From NCBI GenBank assembly GCA_964188305.1, contig OZ076888.1: 64,000 nt of DNA, one strand, 5' to 3'. The position numbers were made by a program, and so were the translations under genes. Positions 1-12,509 of the stretch are shown here, one piece after another; position 1 is the stretch's first letter, and each line of letters begins with the position of its first letter. The notes under the pieces were generated by a model. It searched no databases. It was not told the DNA's origin and saw only the letters and a program-made list of their open reading frames with translations. This DNA comes from Podarcis bocagei (taxonomy: Eukaryota).

Positions 1-177
1 AATAAATCATTTAACCAAAGTAGGAACAAATAATCACATTACAATTGCATAACTGAATATTATCAAAGATCTTGGGTAAACAGAAGTACCTTTGGCTAGC
101 ACTTAAAAGGTACTAAACTATGTGTAATTTTTGGCAATAGGAATGGGGACGGGGCACATTCTGTTACTGGAGTATAG

Positions 178-601
178 TGTTGGAAAACATGCCACCCCCG
201 GGAGAGGCTGGCCCCTCACCCTGGCTCCCGGGGCTTGTTTACCGGTGATCTACTCTGGCTGGCATCCCTGCAGTCCAGGCAGATCTTGATAGGCGACATC
301 CCCCAGGGCGGAAGATGCATACCAGCAGGAGAAAGAAGATAGTCAGAAAGTCTATTACATTTCTACGGTTTATTTCTGACTTTACAGCTGTACAAAAACA
401 TGTCCGATCAGTTCAGTCTCCTCCTAGCAACTCTGTAAGACTTCTTTCACATACGCAACAGGAAGGTCTCATATTACACACAGAACAAATCTCTGTGAAC
501 CGCCCTGTGAACTGCCTGGTACATTCTTTCCCAGGACTAGCCACATCATGTGATGTAAACACCGAGCTAGTTTGCAGCTGCGTAGTACTCATATCCCAAC
601 A
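178..601 (-). mobile_element. Solo LTR of an LTR retrotransposon (Copia/Gypsy-like)
   Basis: TGTTGG...CCCAACA inverted termini, exact 5-bp TSD TATAG (173-177, 602-606), AATAAA on minus strand near 370. Confidence 0.75.
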
Positions 602-997
602 TATAGGAGGGTAATAGGAAGAATAGTTAGATATGTTAGTGGCCTTGGTTGTGGTGATCTTTTAAGTGGGGTGGGGAGGACTTTTTCTGTTTAAATATAT
701 TGTCAGATGAATATTTTTGTTTTTGTGTATTATTATGTGTGTTTATCTGATTTTTGATATCCGTGCTATTTTACTTTACTGTGTTACTGTGAGGCACTTG
801 AGCGAAAAAATGTGACTAAATAACAACAACAATATACAATTCAGAAGATCCTCTTACTAAAATTCACCTTCCTCATCTTCCAGAGATGGACATTTTTGAA
901 GCACATTTTTTGCACCCCAAGGCGTTTGTATCAAGGACAGAAAATGTGTGTGTGTTGAAAACTCTTCAAAATCTAAATATATTAAATATTGAACCTA

Positions 998-1925
998 CTG
1001 TATTTTTCGCCCTATAGGACGCACTTTTCCCCCTCCAATGAAGGGGAAATCTGGGTGCGTCCTCTGGGGCGAATGCAGGCTTTCGCTGAAGCTTGGAGAG
1101 CGAGAGGGGTCGGTGCACACTCTCAAGGCTTCAAGAAGACATCCGCAGCCTAGGCAGCCCTGCGGGAGGTCCCGCAGGGCTCCCTATGCTGCGGATAGCA
1201 GCCTGCCGCCCGACGGGCAAGGCGCCCTGAAGCAGAGTGCCCCTCGCGCCGGGCAGACATCCGCAGCATGGGGAGCCTTGCAGGAGTTCCCTGCAGGGCT
1301 CCCCATGCTGCAGATATCCTGTCTAGGCTGCGGATAGCAGCCTGCTTCCTGGAGCGCTGGGCGCACTGAAAGCAGAGTGCCCGGCGCTTCAGGAACACAT
1401 CCCGCAGGTCCGGCAGGGATGTCTAGGCTGCGGATAGCAGCCTGCTTCCCGGAGTGTCGGGCGCCCTGAAAGCAGAGCGCCCGGCGCTTTGGGAACACAT
1501 CTGCAGCCTAGGCAGCCCTGCGGGAGGTCCCGCAGGGCTCCCTACGCTGCGGATAGCAGCCTGCCGCCCGGCAGGCAGGGCGCCCTGAAGCAGAGCGCCC
1601 CTCGCGCCAGGCAGACATCCGCAGCGTGGGGAGCCTTGCAGGAGTTCCCTGCAGGGCTCCCCACATTGCGGATAGCAGCCTGCCACCCGGCGCGAGGGGC
1701 GCTCTGAAGCAGAGCGCCCCGCACGCCGGGCAGACATCGGCCAGCCCCACAAGCTCGGGGGACAGCAGGGAGGCACAGCGCCGCCATCCCGCTGTTCCTC
1801 GACCTGGTTCGGTTTCCCCAACCTGCTTTTTGGGGGGAAATAAAGGAAATTCCCCCCCTTTATTTCACCCAAAAAAACCTAGGTGCGTCCTATGGAATGG
1901 AGCGTCCTATGGGACGAAAATACGG
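998..1925. mobile_element. Non-autonomous Tc1/mariner-superfamily (Tc2/pogo-like) TIR element with internal GC-rich tandem repeats
   Basis: TIRs CTGTATTTTTCGCCCTATAGGACGC / GCGTCCTATGGGACGAAAATACGG with TA on both flanks; internal repeated units (GCGGATAGCAGCCTGC...GAAGCAGAG) about 1140-1745. Confidence 0.8.
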
Positions 1926-2759
1926 TATTTGCAAGATCAAGACCAGCTTTGGATTACCTTTTTAGGGTATATAATTTACTATGCTTAAGGGTGGAGGAGA
2001 AATTCGCTTTCTGAAGCACTTTCTGAAACAATATTCAAACTCAAACACAGCCATTCTTTGAAAATGGCACTTTTCTGAATTTTTGCAGTGCAGTTTTCCA
2101 GTCATGTAATGTGTGCAAAAATGCATATAAGCGTAAGCTAGCGCTCTCTCTCTGTCTGTCTGTGTTTGTGTGATGCAGATTTTGGTGAAAATAGCATTCA
2201 CTATATTGGGGAACATTGGTTTGCAAAAATGTGTATATTAGGCAGGATTGCATTCAACAGTGGCTGGATCTAGACACATCAAAAAAGCCATGTAGTTAAA
2301 CGCATTGTAAAATTCGTAAAGGGAAATCCTGTTGGCAAAAGATCTTCACAGTGCCATCTGGTGTCACAGTGTTATAACTCATATAAAGTGCTTTTTCTTT
2401 ACTAACGTAGCTGAGTCCAGTATGTTTCTCAGGAGAAATTTGCACAAAAATGTGATTTGGATGAGGATTTTTTTTTTTAAATGCAGATTGCTGTGGAAAT
2501 GTGGAAAACTCAATTTAAGATGGGAAAAATGATAAATTAAGAGAAGTAACTACATCTAAGTTTAGGGAGAATGCTGTTGCACTTGGTCCTGTTTGTGGGA
2601 GTCCCATAGGCACCTGATTTTGGATGAGACAGGCCTCAAACCTGATCCAGCAGGCTCTTCCATTTTATAATTTTAATTATTTGCATTTCTGGTATAATTC
2701 CATGTCAGTGAAATATGGACAAAAAGAACACAATAAGAAAAGAATCTCTGAAATAAAAT

Positions 2760-3130
2760 AGAGGCTGCAATTTAAAATGTCTAAAAATAGACCAAAAAAC
2801 ATTCCTTACCCAACTTCCTCCCCTCTCCTTCCATGGTTCCTTTTATCTCTTTCCCCCATGTTTTGTTGGTTCACCCCATCTATTGTAACTACTTTTATAA
2901 ACTTTATTTATTTCTTACACTGCTGAAAATCTTACCATCCTGCTAGGTAGATTGTTTGCTTATAATACTTTTTCATATATTCAGTAAACAATATCCAGTC
3001 CTCCTTATATCCTTAATCATTTACATTTCTTATTCCAGTGGTCATTCCTGCAAGCTCCACATATTCTAACAGTTTAATATGCCATTCTTCTTTTGTTGGT
3101 ACCTTATCTGTTTTCCATTTTTGGGCTAGT
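2760..3130 (-). mobile_element. L1-clade LINE 3' fragment (ORF2 C-terminus and 3' UTR)
   Basis: Minus translation LAQKWKTDKVPTKEEWHIKLLEYVELAGMT..YKEDWILFTEYMKK, homologous to the L1 piece at 13.2-14.0 kb; left boundary approximate. Confidence 0.7.
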
Positions 3131-3155
3131 GACACACGCTTCCTTCTCTTCCCAG

Positions 3156-3461
3156 GTTTGCAGGACAATCCTTGGACGTGCGACTGCAGCCTCTACGAAA
3201 TGGTCCACTTCCTCAATTTCCAGTCCCCCAACGTAGCGTTCATTGAATCCAGACTGAAATGCTTCACTCCCCGGAGCTTGGCTGGAGTTTTCTTCAGCCA
3301 GGTTGAGCTGCGGAAGTGTCAGAGTCCCGTCGTGCACACATCCGTCGCCAAAGTGAGGACCATACTGGGAAGCACTGTGCTTCTGCGCTGCGGCACCACA
3401 GGAGTGCCCATTCCTGAGCTAAGCTGGAGGAGGGCTGATGGAAACCCTCTAAATGGCACAG
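3156..3461 (+). CDS. LRIT1: LRIT1 penultimate coding exon (LRRCT plus start of Ig domain)
   Basis: cccag|GT TTG CAG GAC AAT CCT TGG; GLQDNPWTCDCSLYEMVHFL...LRCGTTGVPIPELSWRRADGNPLNGT; donor G|gtagg; phase 1/1. Confidence 0.95.
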
Positions 3462-3560
3462 GTAGGTTTTCCTTTCTCGGTTGCAGGCCCTGTGACTGTG
3501 GTTTGTAAAGAAGAGTGTAATCGTATGGTGTCCCTAAAGGATCCTGCTAAGTAGGTAAAT

Positions 3561-3939
3561 GGGACGGAGGTGGCGCTGTGGTCTAAACCACTGAGCCCCT
3601 TGGGCTTGCCAATCAGAAGGTCGGTGATTTGAATCCGTGCGAGGGGGTGAGTTCCTGTTGCTTTGTTCCAGCTCCTGCCAACCTAGCAGTTCGAAAGCAT
3701 GCCAGTGCAAGTAGATTAATAGGTACCACTGCAGCTGGAAGGTAAACAGCATTTCCATGCATTCTGGTTTCTGTCACCGGATTCTGTTACACCAGAAGCA
3801 GTTTAGTCATGCTGGCCACATGACCTGGAAAGTTGTCTGTGGACAAACGTCAGCTCTCTCAGTTTGAAAGAGGGATGAGCGCCACAACCCCATAGTCAAA
3901 TTTGACTGGGCTTAACCATCCAGAGGTCCTTTACCTTTA
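3561..3939 (+). mobile_element. Sauria SINE
   Basis: GGGAC..GGTGGCGCTGTGG tRNA-like head, AGCTCCTGCCAACCTAGCAGTTCGAAAGCA core, CCTTTACCTTTA tail. Confidence 0.9.
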
Positions 3940-4589
3940 GTTCTGCTAAATAATTTGTTAGAACATTCAACAAAGTCCTTTGGGCAGTTTGCATCAAGTT
4001 CAAGCCATGTTCAATTAAGCCATTGGAACATTAATTGAGACATTAAAAATCTATTGATGTGGTTCACTGCCTAGAAACCAACATAAGCAGCACAGCAGCA
4101 TTTAAAGCCAGCAGAAACAATCTGCTCCAAGGGCAGATGATTTCTTGAGCTATGCAGCTACAATCCTGTACATGCCTACTCAGAAATAAGACCTTGTTAA
4201 TTTAATGGTGATTATTCTCATGTAAATGCGTATAGGATTGTAGTCCAAGCCTGCTGCTCAGGTCATGGTTTAAAGATATACTTTAAATTGCATTAGCATC
4301 TTGCATCTGCAAAGGCATCCTGTTCTTATGTCAAAAGATATCATGGGGCCCTAATTAGACTTCTTTAGAAATACACTAGGGATGGGGAACTTGTGGCCAT
4401 CTAGATGTTGTTGGGCTATACCTCCTATCATCCCTGACCACTGTCATGCTGGTAACAGGAGTCTTACAACACCTGGAGGACCACAACACAGGTACCCCAA
4501 TCCTGCTATAAACAGCGGCAACTGATATGATCATATATTCAGAGCACTTTCCCTTTAAGGGAAGGCAAAAGCATCTGAGGATTTTCAGT

Positions 4590-4804
4590 AGTAGATAGGT
4601 AGCCGTGTTGGTCTGCCATAGTCAAAATAAAAAAATTCCTTCCAGTAGCACCTTAAAGACCAACTAAGTTAGTTCTTGGTATGAGCTTTCGTGTGCATGC
4701 ACACTTCTTCAGATATCTGAAGAAGTGTGCATGCACACGAAAGCTCATACCAAGAACTAACTTAGTTGGTCTTTAAGGTGCTACTGGAAGGAATTTTTTT
4801 ATTT
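4590..4804. mobile_element. Penelope-like element terminal-repeat fragment in head-to-head inverted form (perfect palindrome 4622-4807)
   Basis: 93-bp perfect arms centred on GATATC (4712-4717); 14-bp TSD TGAGGATTTTCAGT at 4576-4589 and 4805-4818; family assignment from recollection of squamate Penelope terminal sequences. Confidence 0.75.
4714..4749 (+). ncRNA. Minimal hammerhead ribozyme motif (mirror copy on minus strand, 4680-4715)
   Basis: UAU-CUGAAGA-A-[GUGUGC AU GCACAC stem II]-GAAA-GC-UC-AUA; predicted cleavage after C4746. Confidence 0.6.
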
Positions 4805-5477
4805 TGAGGATTTTCAGTGGGACATGGTTGAGGTTTATTAAATGATGGTGCTCCAAGAATGGTTGCAGGAATGGTCTTTTTATTAACACTGGGACTCACT
4901 GGGAACTGAATAAATGGAAGCACTTCTTCACACAGTGTGAATTGACTTTTGGACACTAGCTTAGAGATGGCTTTTAAAAGGATTCTACAACTGCATGGAT
5001 AATGGGTCTATCAATGGATGTTAGCCATTGTAACTAAAGGGAAGCCTCCATGTCCGGGGCGGGGGGAGGGGTATATATCTGGTATATATCTGGTAATCAG
5101 ATTCTGGAGACAAATGGAAAAAGATTGGAAAAAGATTGCTATTGGAAAAAGATTGCTGGACCACACTGGTTATAGATAGCAAGGCGGTTCTTAAACAGAG
5201 GGATGTTCTTGCCACGCTATGGTTGTTCCTAAGCTCACTTGAGTTAGGTCTACAACTTTTGCTCAAGCGTTCAGGGCGGAGCAGATAGAAGTTTGTCCAA
5301 CCAAGCAGAGCACCTTTTTTAAAAAAAAAGATGAACTAATGTCCTAATTCAGTAGAAATCCAATGAAGTTATCAGAACAATGATAACTTTTAGGTAATGA
5401 AATGATTATCTAAAAGAGGGGGGAATGGAATCTAAGCAGTCTGTTTTGCTGAATTTCATCCTGTTTCTTCCTTCCAG

Positions 5478-6478
5478 TGCACCAAGAAATTTCCAGTGAT
5501 GGAATGAGCTGGTCTATTCTAGGCTTGCCTGTCGTTTCTTACCTTGATTCTGGAGAATATATATGCAAAGCAAAAAACTTCCTGGGAGCAACAGAAGCTT
5601 TCATCTCCCTTATCATCACTGACTCAGAAAGCACAGATGACCCCACCACAAACTCAAAAGGGACATGGAATGGAAAAGTGAGTGGGATGGAAGCAGCGGC
5701 TTACAACGACAATTTGGTAGCCAGGTACGTGATCACCACGTCAACTTCCCCTACCATGGGTGCTCGGTCCATTCGTGCCAACACAGAAGGGAACCTGGCA
5801 CTTCGAGATCAGGCACTAAATATGATCAACAACCCAAGAAATCTCTTAGCGAGTCCGCCTACTGCCCAACAGGAACCAGAGCGCATTGTGAGGTCTGTCA
5901 GAGTCATAGGAGATACCGACCACAGTGTCTCCTTGGCATGGAAAGCTCCTCAAGCCAAGAACACAACCGTCTTCAGCATCCTTTATGCGATCTTTGGAGA
6001 AAGGGACATGCGTAGAATCAATGTGGAGCCAGGTAAGACCAAGATCACTATCAATGGCTTGATGCCGAAGACCAAATATATAGTGTGTGTCTGTGTGAAA
6101 GGGCTGATTCCCAGGAAAGAGCAGTGCATCATCTTTTCCACGGATGAAGTAGCCAGTGCAGGTGGAACCCAGAAACTTATCAATGTTGTGGTCATCAGCG
6201 TGGCCTGTGTCATTGCCGTCCCTCTGACGTTAGTGGTGTGTTGCGGGGCGCTGAAACGGCGCTGCAAAAAATGCTTCACCCGGAAACCCAAGGAAATCCA
6301 GGACTCTTACGTCACCTTTGAAAGCCTCTCTCCAGGCGCCAAAGCCAAAGGAATGGAAGGTGAATACTTGACTAGACACACACCTGACGAATCCAATCGG
6401 TTGCTCTCTGCCAGGTCGAGTGTGGACTCAGAAGCAATACCAAAGGCAGAGGGACAGCCGAATGAGTACTTTTGCTGA
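5478..6478 (+). CDS. LRIT1: LRIT1 last coding exon (end of Ig, linker, FN3, TM, cytoplasmic tail ending NEYFC)
   Basis: ttccag|TG CAC; DSGEYICKAKNFLG Ig motif; FN3 VRVIGDT..LAWKAP..LMPKTKYIVCVCVKGL; TM LINVVVISVACVIAVPLTLVVCC; RLLSARSS and EYFC-stop typical of LRIT1. Confidence 0.96.
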
Positions 6479-7787
6479 CATTGATCTGTTAGTGTGCAAA
6501 GCGATTGTGGTTATACTTCTATTGGACAGTGCAGAAATGGCATGACTTTGAAGACTCACATGTTGCAAGTATTGTCTCGATATATTTGTCAAAAGAACAA
6601 TGGACAGCTCTACCTGGACTGTGTTCCCCTCACACTTCAACAGCGAAAAGTCTATGTGTGCATTTGCTAAGACCTCTCCCCTGCCAATCCAGTCCAGAAC
6701 TGAGTGGAGTACTTATTGAATCTACCCTGAGAAGATTTCGTTTTTAATTTTTGTCTGTTGGGGCATGCAGGAAGGAGGATAGAAGTGGAAATTGTAGGTT
6801 ATTAGGACCCAGCAGATGATGGCTGGATTCTAGTTTCCTGGGACTCCAGAAAGGGAGTGGGTGAGAAAATGTTTAGGCTGAGAGGATGGAAGATGGGTGG
6901 GTTTATTTATATGCAGAGAAGCAGATTGTTATGGGAATGACTTGAGTCTTTGTCGGGTAGATGATGCAAAAAGGAAGAACACACCTCCATCACAAAAAAT
7001 AGAAAGAAAATGTGGAAAATGACTCAGGTGCAGAATAAATGTTATAATATTATCAAGTACAAAAAGTCTGATCAAGGACAAAATGAAATGTGAACACATT
7101 TAGAATAACACTCATCTTCAGGGAATTAGTTACAACTATTCTCCTGTTAAAATACAAAGTAAAGGAGGAGACAATTTATCAAGGACTCACAAGAGATGAT
7201 GACCAAAGGCTTCATCTAGGTGAATACTTTAAAGCAAAGGTAGACAATGTGATGCTCTCTAGATGTTGTTGGGCTCTAACTTCCATCAAGTTCTATCATG
7301 ACCAATGGTCAGTGAATCAAAGCAGTTGCAGTCCAACAACATCTGGAGGGAACCACGATGACTCCCCCTGCCTTAAAGTATCTGTCTAGTCCCAAATTCT
7401 CTCACCACTCCTGCTCCTAATTAATGCATGGTTTCCTGGAAGGAAGAAGGATGGATAGTGGGAATGTCCCCCAGTCTAGGCCTATGGTTCCCTTCTGCAA
7501 AATAAACCCCATTCCATGAATACATGTACATATATGTCACAATGTTAAGTGTATATTATGGTGTGTTGTCTATTCTCAGTTTTGAAGTACATTAAATAAT
7601 TTAAAACATGGTTTCCTAAATTTATTTTAGGATGCTACGCAGAGAAATGGCTTTTGATAATGATAAGGTAAAATTTAATTACTGTCCGGACTCACAGTCA
7701 TCCTTCTGACCTAAAAGAGAAGCGACTTCAAGGACTGTGTGTCTCATCATTCTCTATTCTCTTAGACTGGGAGGAAGACAAAGAGCT

Positions 7788-8036
7788 CCATATTTTTCGC
7801 TCTATAAGACGCACCAGACCACAAGTTTTTGGAGGAGAAAAACGAGAAAAAAAATATTATGAATCTCAGAAGCCAGAACAGCAAGAGGGATCGCTGCGCA
7901 GTGAAAGCAGCGATCCCTCTTGCTGTTCTGGCTTCTGTGATAGCTGCGCAGCCTGCATTTGCTCCGTGAGACGCACACACATTTCCCCCTACTTTTTAGG
8001 AGGGAAAAAGTGAGTCTTATAGAGCAAAAAATATGG
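7788..8036. mobile_element. Short MITE of the same TIR family as 998-1925, with internal hairpin
   Basis: TIRs CCATATTTTTCGCTCTATAAGAC / GTCTTATAGAGCAAAAAATATGG; internal 30-bp perfect inverted arms about 7868-7935. Confidence 0.75.
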
Positions 8037-8992
8037 TACTATTTAGCAGTTATATCTGCTACTGAATTAAGTTTTCTAGCAGCCACCGCCTCTGTCTAGC
8101 TAAGCAAGATCAGTTGCTGCTAGAGCAGACTACTCAAAGCCTTTTTCTTTTTTTTAAAAAAAGGTAGCTGGAACTGCTGAATGGGAAGGGTTAAAAAGGA
8201 GTGGCAATTGCTCCTCATTATCCTCTGCACCTTCCTATCTACCCCCCCCCCCACCCGGAAAGGACAATATGATGAACTGTGCATTGGTCCTAGAAATCTC
8301 TCTTCCCCTGCTGATCAACGGGACACCCTTCCACTCCTCATAATTCCAAATGAGCTGGACTCTTCCCCATGTGGTGGAGAGAATGTTCTAACAGCTTCAG
8401 GCCTTTTAGAAAATACTTTGATTGCCAGATCACAAAGTCAAAACCCACCAGCAATGGCCGAAAGTTAAACTTTGTATTGATCTAATCAGATACAAAAAAG
8501 CTATACAAACAAGTGACACTTATTCAGAGTGGGGATGGGGGTGAATGATGGTATTTCATTTTGCTTTTTTTAGTGTTGGGTCCTCAAGGAGATTGACCAG
8601 ATGATGAGATGACCTAAAATCTCTGACCTGGCTACGGCAAATGTTTAATAAAGTATTTCCAAAACATATCACACCTCTTGCCCCAACATGCACCAGCTGT
8701 TGAAAGATCGCCAAGATGATGGGTGGCTTTCATGTTGTGCTACGTCTTCTAAAAAAGTTGTCTGGGTGAATATATCTTGGAGGTGCTTCCTGCATCTCAA
8801 CTCTGTGCCTAGGATTTTATATAGTCAGGACAATGTATGGCTTTTGGGGGGTAAATGGAGCAAAGCCCGAGTGATGCATTGTTCTGGAACAAGGCCCATG
8901 AAGAGAAATGGTGTGGAGTAGATTGAATTACAACTGCTTCAATTTCAGCAAGACTAGGATGTGTAAAATGCAGGCTCTACAGTAGTAAATGT

Positions 8993-9125
8993 NNNNNNNN
9001 NNNNNNNNNNNNNNNNNNNNNNNNNNNNNNNNNNNNNNNNNNNNNNNNNNNNNNNNNNNNNNNNNNNNNNNNNNNNNNNNNNNNNNNNNNNNNNNNNNNN
9101 NNNNNNNNNNNNNNNNNNNNNNNNN
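8993..9125. other. Assembly gap
   Basis: Run of N. Confidence 1.
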
Positions 9126-9929
9126 CTCCTGGAGACAGACTGTATATACTGAGAATCCCGTCACTGTTTAGTCAATATTTTGACTGTCTGCCAAATTTTG
9201 CAGAAGGCAGCTTTAGTCAAGAGAAAAGGCAAATGAAGGAGCCTCATTAGTTTAGTGCTGAAAGAAAACAGTGATATGTTCAAAGCCCAGTTAGATGCTG
9301 CATAGAGTATCACCTGTAATTCCAGACTCAGATTGGAGTTTTCAGCAAATCACATACAAATAATCAGCGTTATTCTACTACTAGACCAACCAGTTCAAAC
9401 TGTTACAGTTTCTTCCTACTTCTTACTCTAATGGGTTACAAAATACAGAAACCATCAAGTCTATCTCTAATGTTGCAACACCATGGTATAAAATAACAGG
9501 GAACGGGAAGCATCAAGTGTACACCTCAAATGTTAGAGTGCTGAACTGAGATCTAGAAGACCCAGGTTCAAAACCCCACTCAGCCATGAAGCTCACGGGG
9601 TGATCTTGGGCCAGTCACGATGTCTCAGCCTACTCTACCTCGCAGGCTTGTCGTGAGGATACAATGGGAAGGGAGAGAGTCATGTACAATGCCTTGAACT
9701 GCTTGGAGGAAGGGTGGAATCTAAATGTAATAATAAAATAAATGAATCTAGCCCTGCTAGTCCAGCAGCTTATTCTTACAGTGGCCAACTAGATGCCTAT
9801 GGGAAGCTTGCAAGCCGGATGCAAGTGGAACAGATGTGGATCTCTAATGTGAACCCAGTTAAAATTGTAATACAGTGGTACCTCAGTTTTTGAGTGTCTC
9901 AGAAGCTGAACCCAGTTAAAATTGTAATA

Positions 9930-10180
9930 CAGTGGTACCTCAGTTTTTGAGTGTCCCAGAAGTCGAACGTTTCGGTTTTCGAACGCCGAAAACCTGAAAG
10001 TAAAGGCTTCGATTTTCGAACGTGCCTTGGAAGTCAAACAGCTTCCGCTGAGGTACCACTACATTTTTCTCAATTTCCTCTTTAAATTTGCAGGCCGCCC
10101 TTTGCGCCTCGGTTTTTGAACGTTTCTGAAGTCAAACGGTCTTCCGGAATGGATTACGTTTGAAAACCAAGGTACCACTG
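9930..10180. mobile_element. Tc1/mariner (Tigger-like) MITE with CAGTGGTACC termini
   Basis: TA-CAGTGGTACCTC ... AGGTACCACTG-TA. Confidence 0.8.
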
Positions 10181-11715
10181 TACACAAAAAGGCATTGATT
10201 TTTTAGGAATGTGATTTATGATAAAATTTGAGTTCCATTAAACTTTTTTGATGGGACGCAGTCTTCTAACCCAAATTGGAGCCATTCTCTCTTGCTGTCT
10301 CTCAACTGTTCACATGAGATCAACCTTGACTCGCAGACCTTCTCAAATAATGAAATCCAAGCTCAACATTTGAATTTGGAATGATGATTGGAAAATGTGA
10401 GATGCTAAATAGGACTTTTAAAAATATTTTTTAGAAATGTAAATTGTGCTATATATTTGGGAGTTGGAAAACAGGAGAAAATTATAATGGAATTCCATTC
10501 ACTATGCACAGTGAACTCTCGGAGCTGAATTCATAAGGTGTGTTGGAGGCCACAAGGCAAGATAAAAGATGAAAATGGGAAAGTGACATACACATCCAAC
10601 CAGCAATCACCTCTAGATAGTTTTTTGTTTGAGAGTGAATTTCATAGGAGAGCTAGTGGATTACGTGCAGTGTTAACTATCAATAGGTTGCAGAGCTGAT
10701 GGCATGTAGTGTTTAGTTCAGCATCAGTACCTTGGACAGCTCACAGAGGAGGCAAGAGCTAAGAAGCAGGGCTGTCCCACTTCACCTTCAAGCAGCATAA
10801 AAACTCTTCCATCTCCTGCCTAAATATGCATTCCATTGACAGCATAAGAAGCAGCCACCTTGCCTGGGCAAAGCTACTCCAGCATTTCTATATTTTAAGC
10901 ATAGATTGTCTGGGAGAATGAAGATCTTCTTTACATGTAGACCTCTGCCTGCTCTTACTTCCTCTTTTGCTTCACCTTCTGTCTTTTTCTAGTGGCACAA
11001 GCGTCATCCAGTCCATTTCCACACAATTTAACTATCTCAAGCTGTAGAAGAAGCTGTACTACACATTCAACAAAAGGCCTCTTCATATGTTGCTTGCATG
11101 TAAGTCTTGGCTGTGTTGATCCTGGACCAGATCTTTAGTCCCGCCTACGGACATCACAATTCCTTCCTGCAGCAACATTAGGATGAGGATCAGGCTATTG
11201 CTTTGTCCCACCCCAATCTCCAAGTGGTGAGAGACTCCCAGGGTGCCTGTTGTCCACTTCTTTTCCAGGAGGCTGTTTTGGTGCCCCCTTTTTTGGTCCT
11301 ATTGGGGATTCTTCTTCATAATGCTATTCCAGCCAATCAGGGATTACTTTGCTGATGTCACAATGCCAAACAGCTCAACAGAATCAACAGTGCAGCAATG
11401 ACACGGGAAGCCAATGTTGCCAGTTCAGAGTAGGGACATTTCTTTCTGTATCACATTGCCCTGACCAGTCTGGCGGGATTAGGGTGGCGGGCACAGCTGC
11501 TATTGTAAATGCTATTGTCTGAGGTGGTTATACAGACGAGTTGTAGGAGCAGCATAAAAAACACAAGAGCCTGTTGGATCAGGCCAATAGCCCATTTAGT
11601 TAAATACCCTATTCTCACTGTGGCTGACTAGATTCCTGTGGGAAACCTTCAAGCAGGACCCAAACGCAAGATCACTATCCCATTTCTGGCTTCTAGCAGC
11701 TCCCCTATCCAGACA

Positions 11716-11890
11716 GAGAGAGCCAGTGTGGTGTAGTGGTTAGGAGCAGTAGACTCGTAATCTGGTGAACTGGGTTTGCTTCCCCGCTCCTCCACATGCA
11801 GCTGCTGGGTGACCTTGGGCTAGTCACACTTCTCTGAAGTCTCTCAGCCTCACTCACCTCACAGAGAGTCTTCTTCTTCTTCTTCTTCTT

Positions 11891-11920
<30 letters not shown>
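11716..11920 (+). mobile_element. tRNA-derived squamate SINE (Squam3-like), internally deleted, (TTC)n tail
   Basis: GAGAGCCAGTGTGGTGTAGTGGTTA A-box head, GCTGGGTGACCTTGGGCTAGTCAC body, TTC repeat. Confidence 0.75.
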
Positions 11921-11923
<3 letters not shown>

Positions 11924-12467
11924 GTTGTCTATGCTCTGGTAACCTCAAGGTTAGATTACGGTTCAGAAACTTCAGCTAGTGCAGAATTCAGTGGTCAGGT
12001 TGCTCACCGGAGCAAGACAGTTTACACCAATCCTGGTCCAACTGCACTGGCTACCAATTAGTTTCTGGGCCCAATTCAAAGTGCTGGTTTTGACCCATAA
12101 AGCCTTAAACAGCTCAGGACCGCAATACCTCAAGGACTGCCTCTTCCCATATGACCCTACCCCTCTGAGGCCCTCCAACGTGTGCCCCCTCCTTGAGAGA
12201 TCCGGAGGGTGGCAACTGCAGTGGCTCCCCATCTGTGAAATGCTCTCCCCAGGGAAGTTTGCCTGGCGCCTTCATTGCACACCTTTAGGTCCCTTTTTAA
12301 CCAGGCCTTTGGTTGATCTGATTTACATCCTATGCTCTTTTAAAATGTGGGTTTTTTTTGGGGGGGCTATTGGGTTGTTATTTTTATTATGTATTTTGTG
12401 GTTTTCTATCTTGATTTTATTCTGTGAACTGCCCTGAGACCCCCAGGTATAGGGCGGTATATAAATT

Positions 12468-12509
<42 letters not shown>

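Noticed and set aside
1038-1988. Cluster of overlapping GC-rich ORFs
   Set aside because: Products of a tandem repeat inside a non-autonomous TIR element; no recognisable domain
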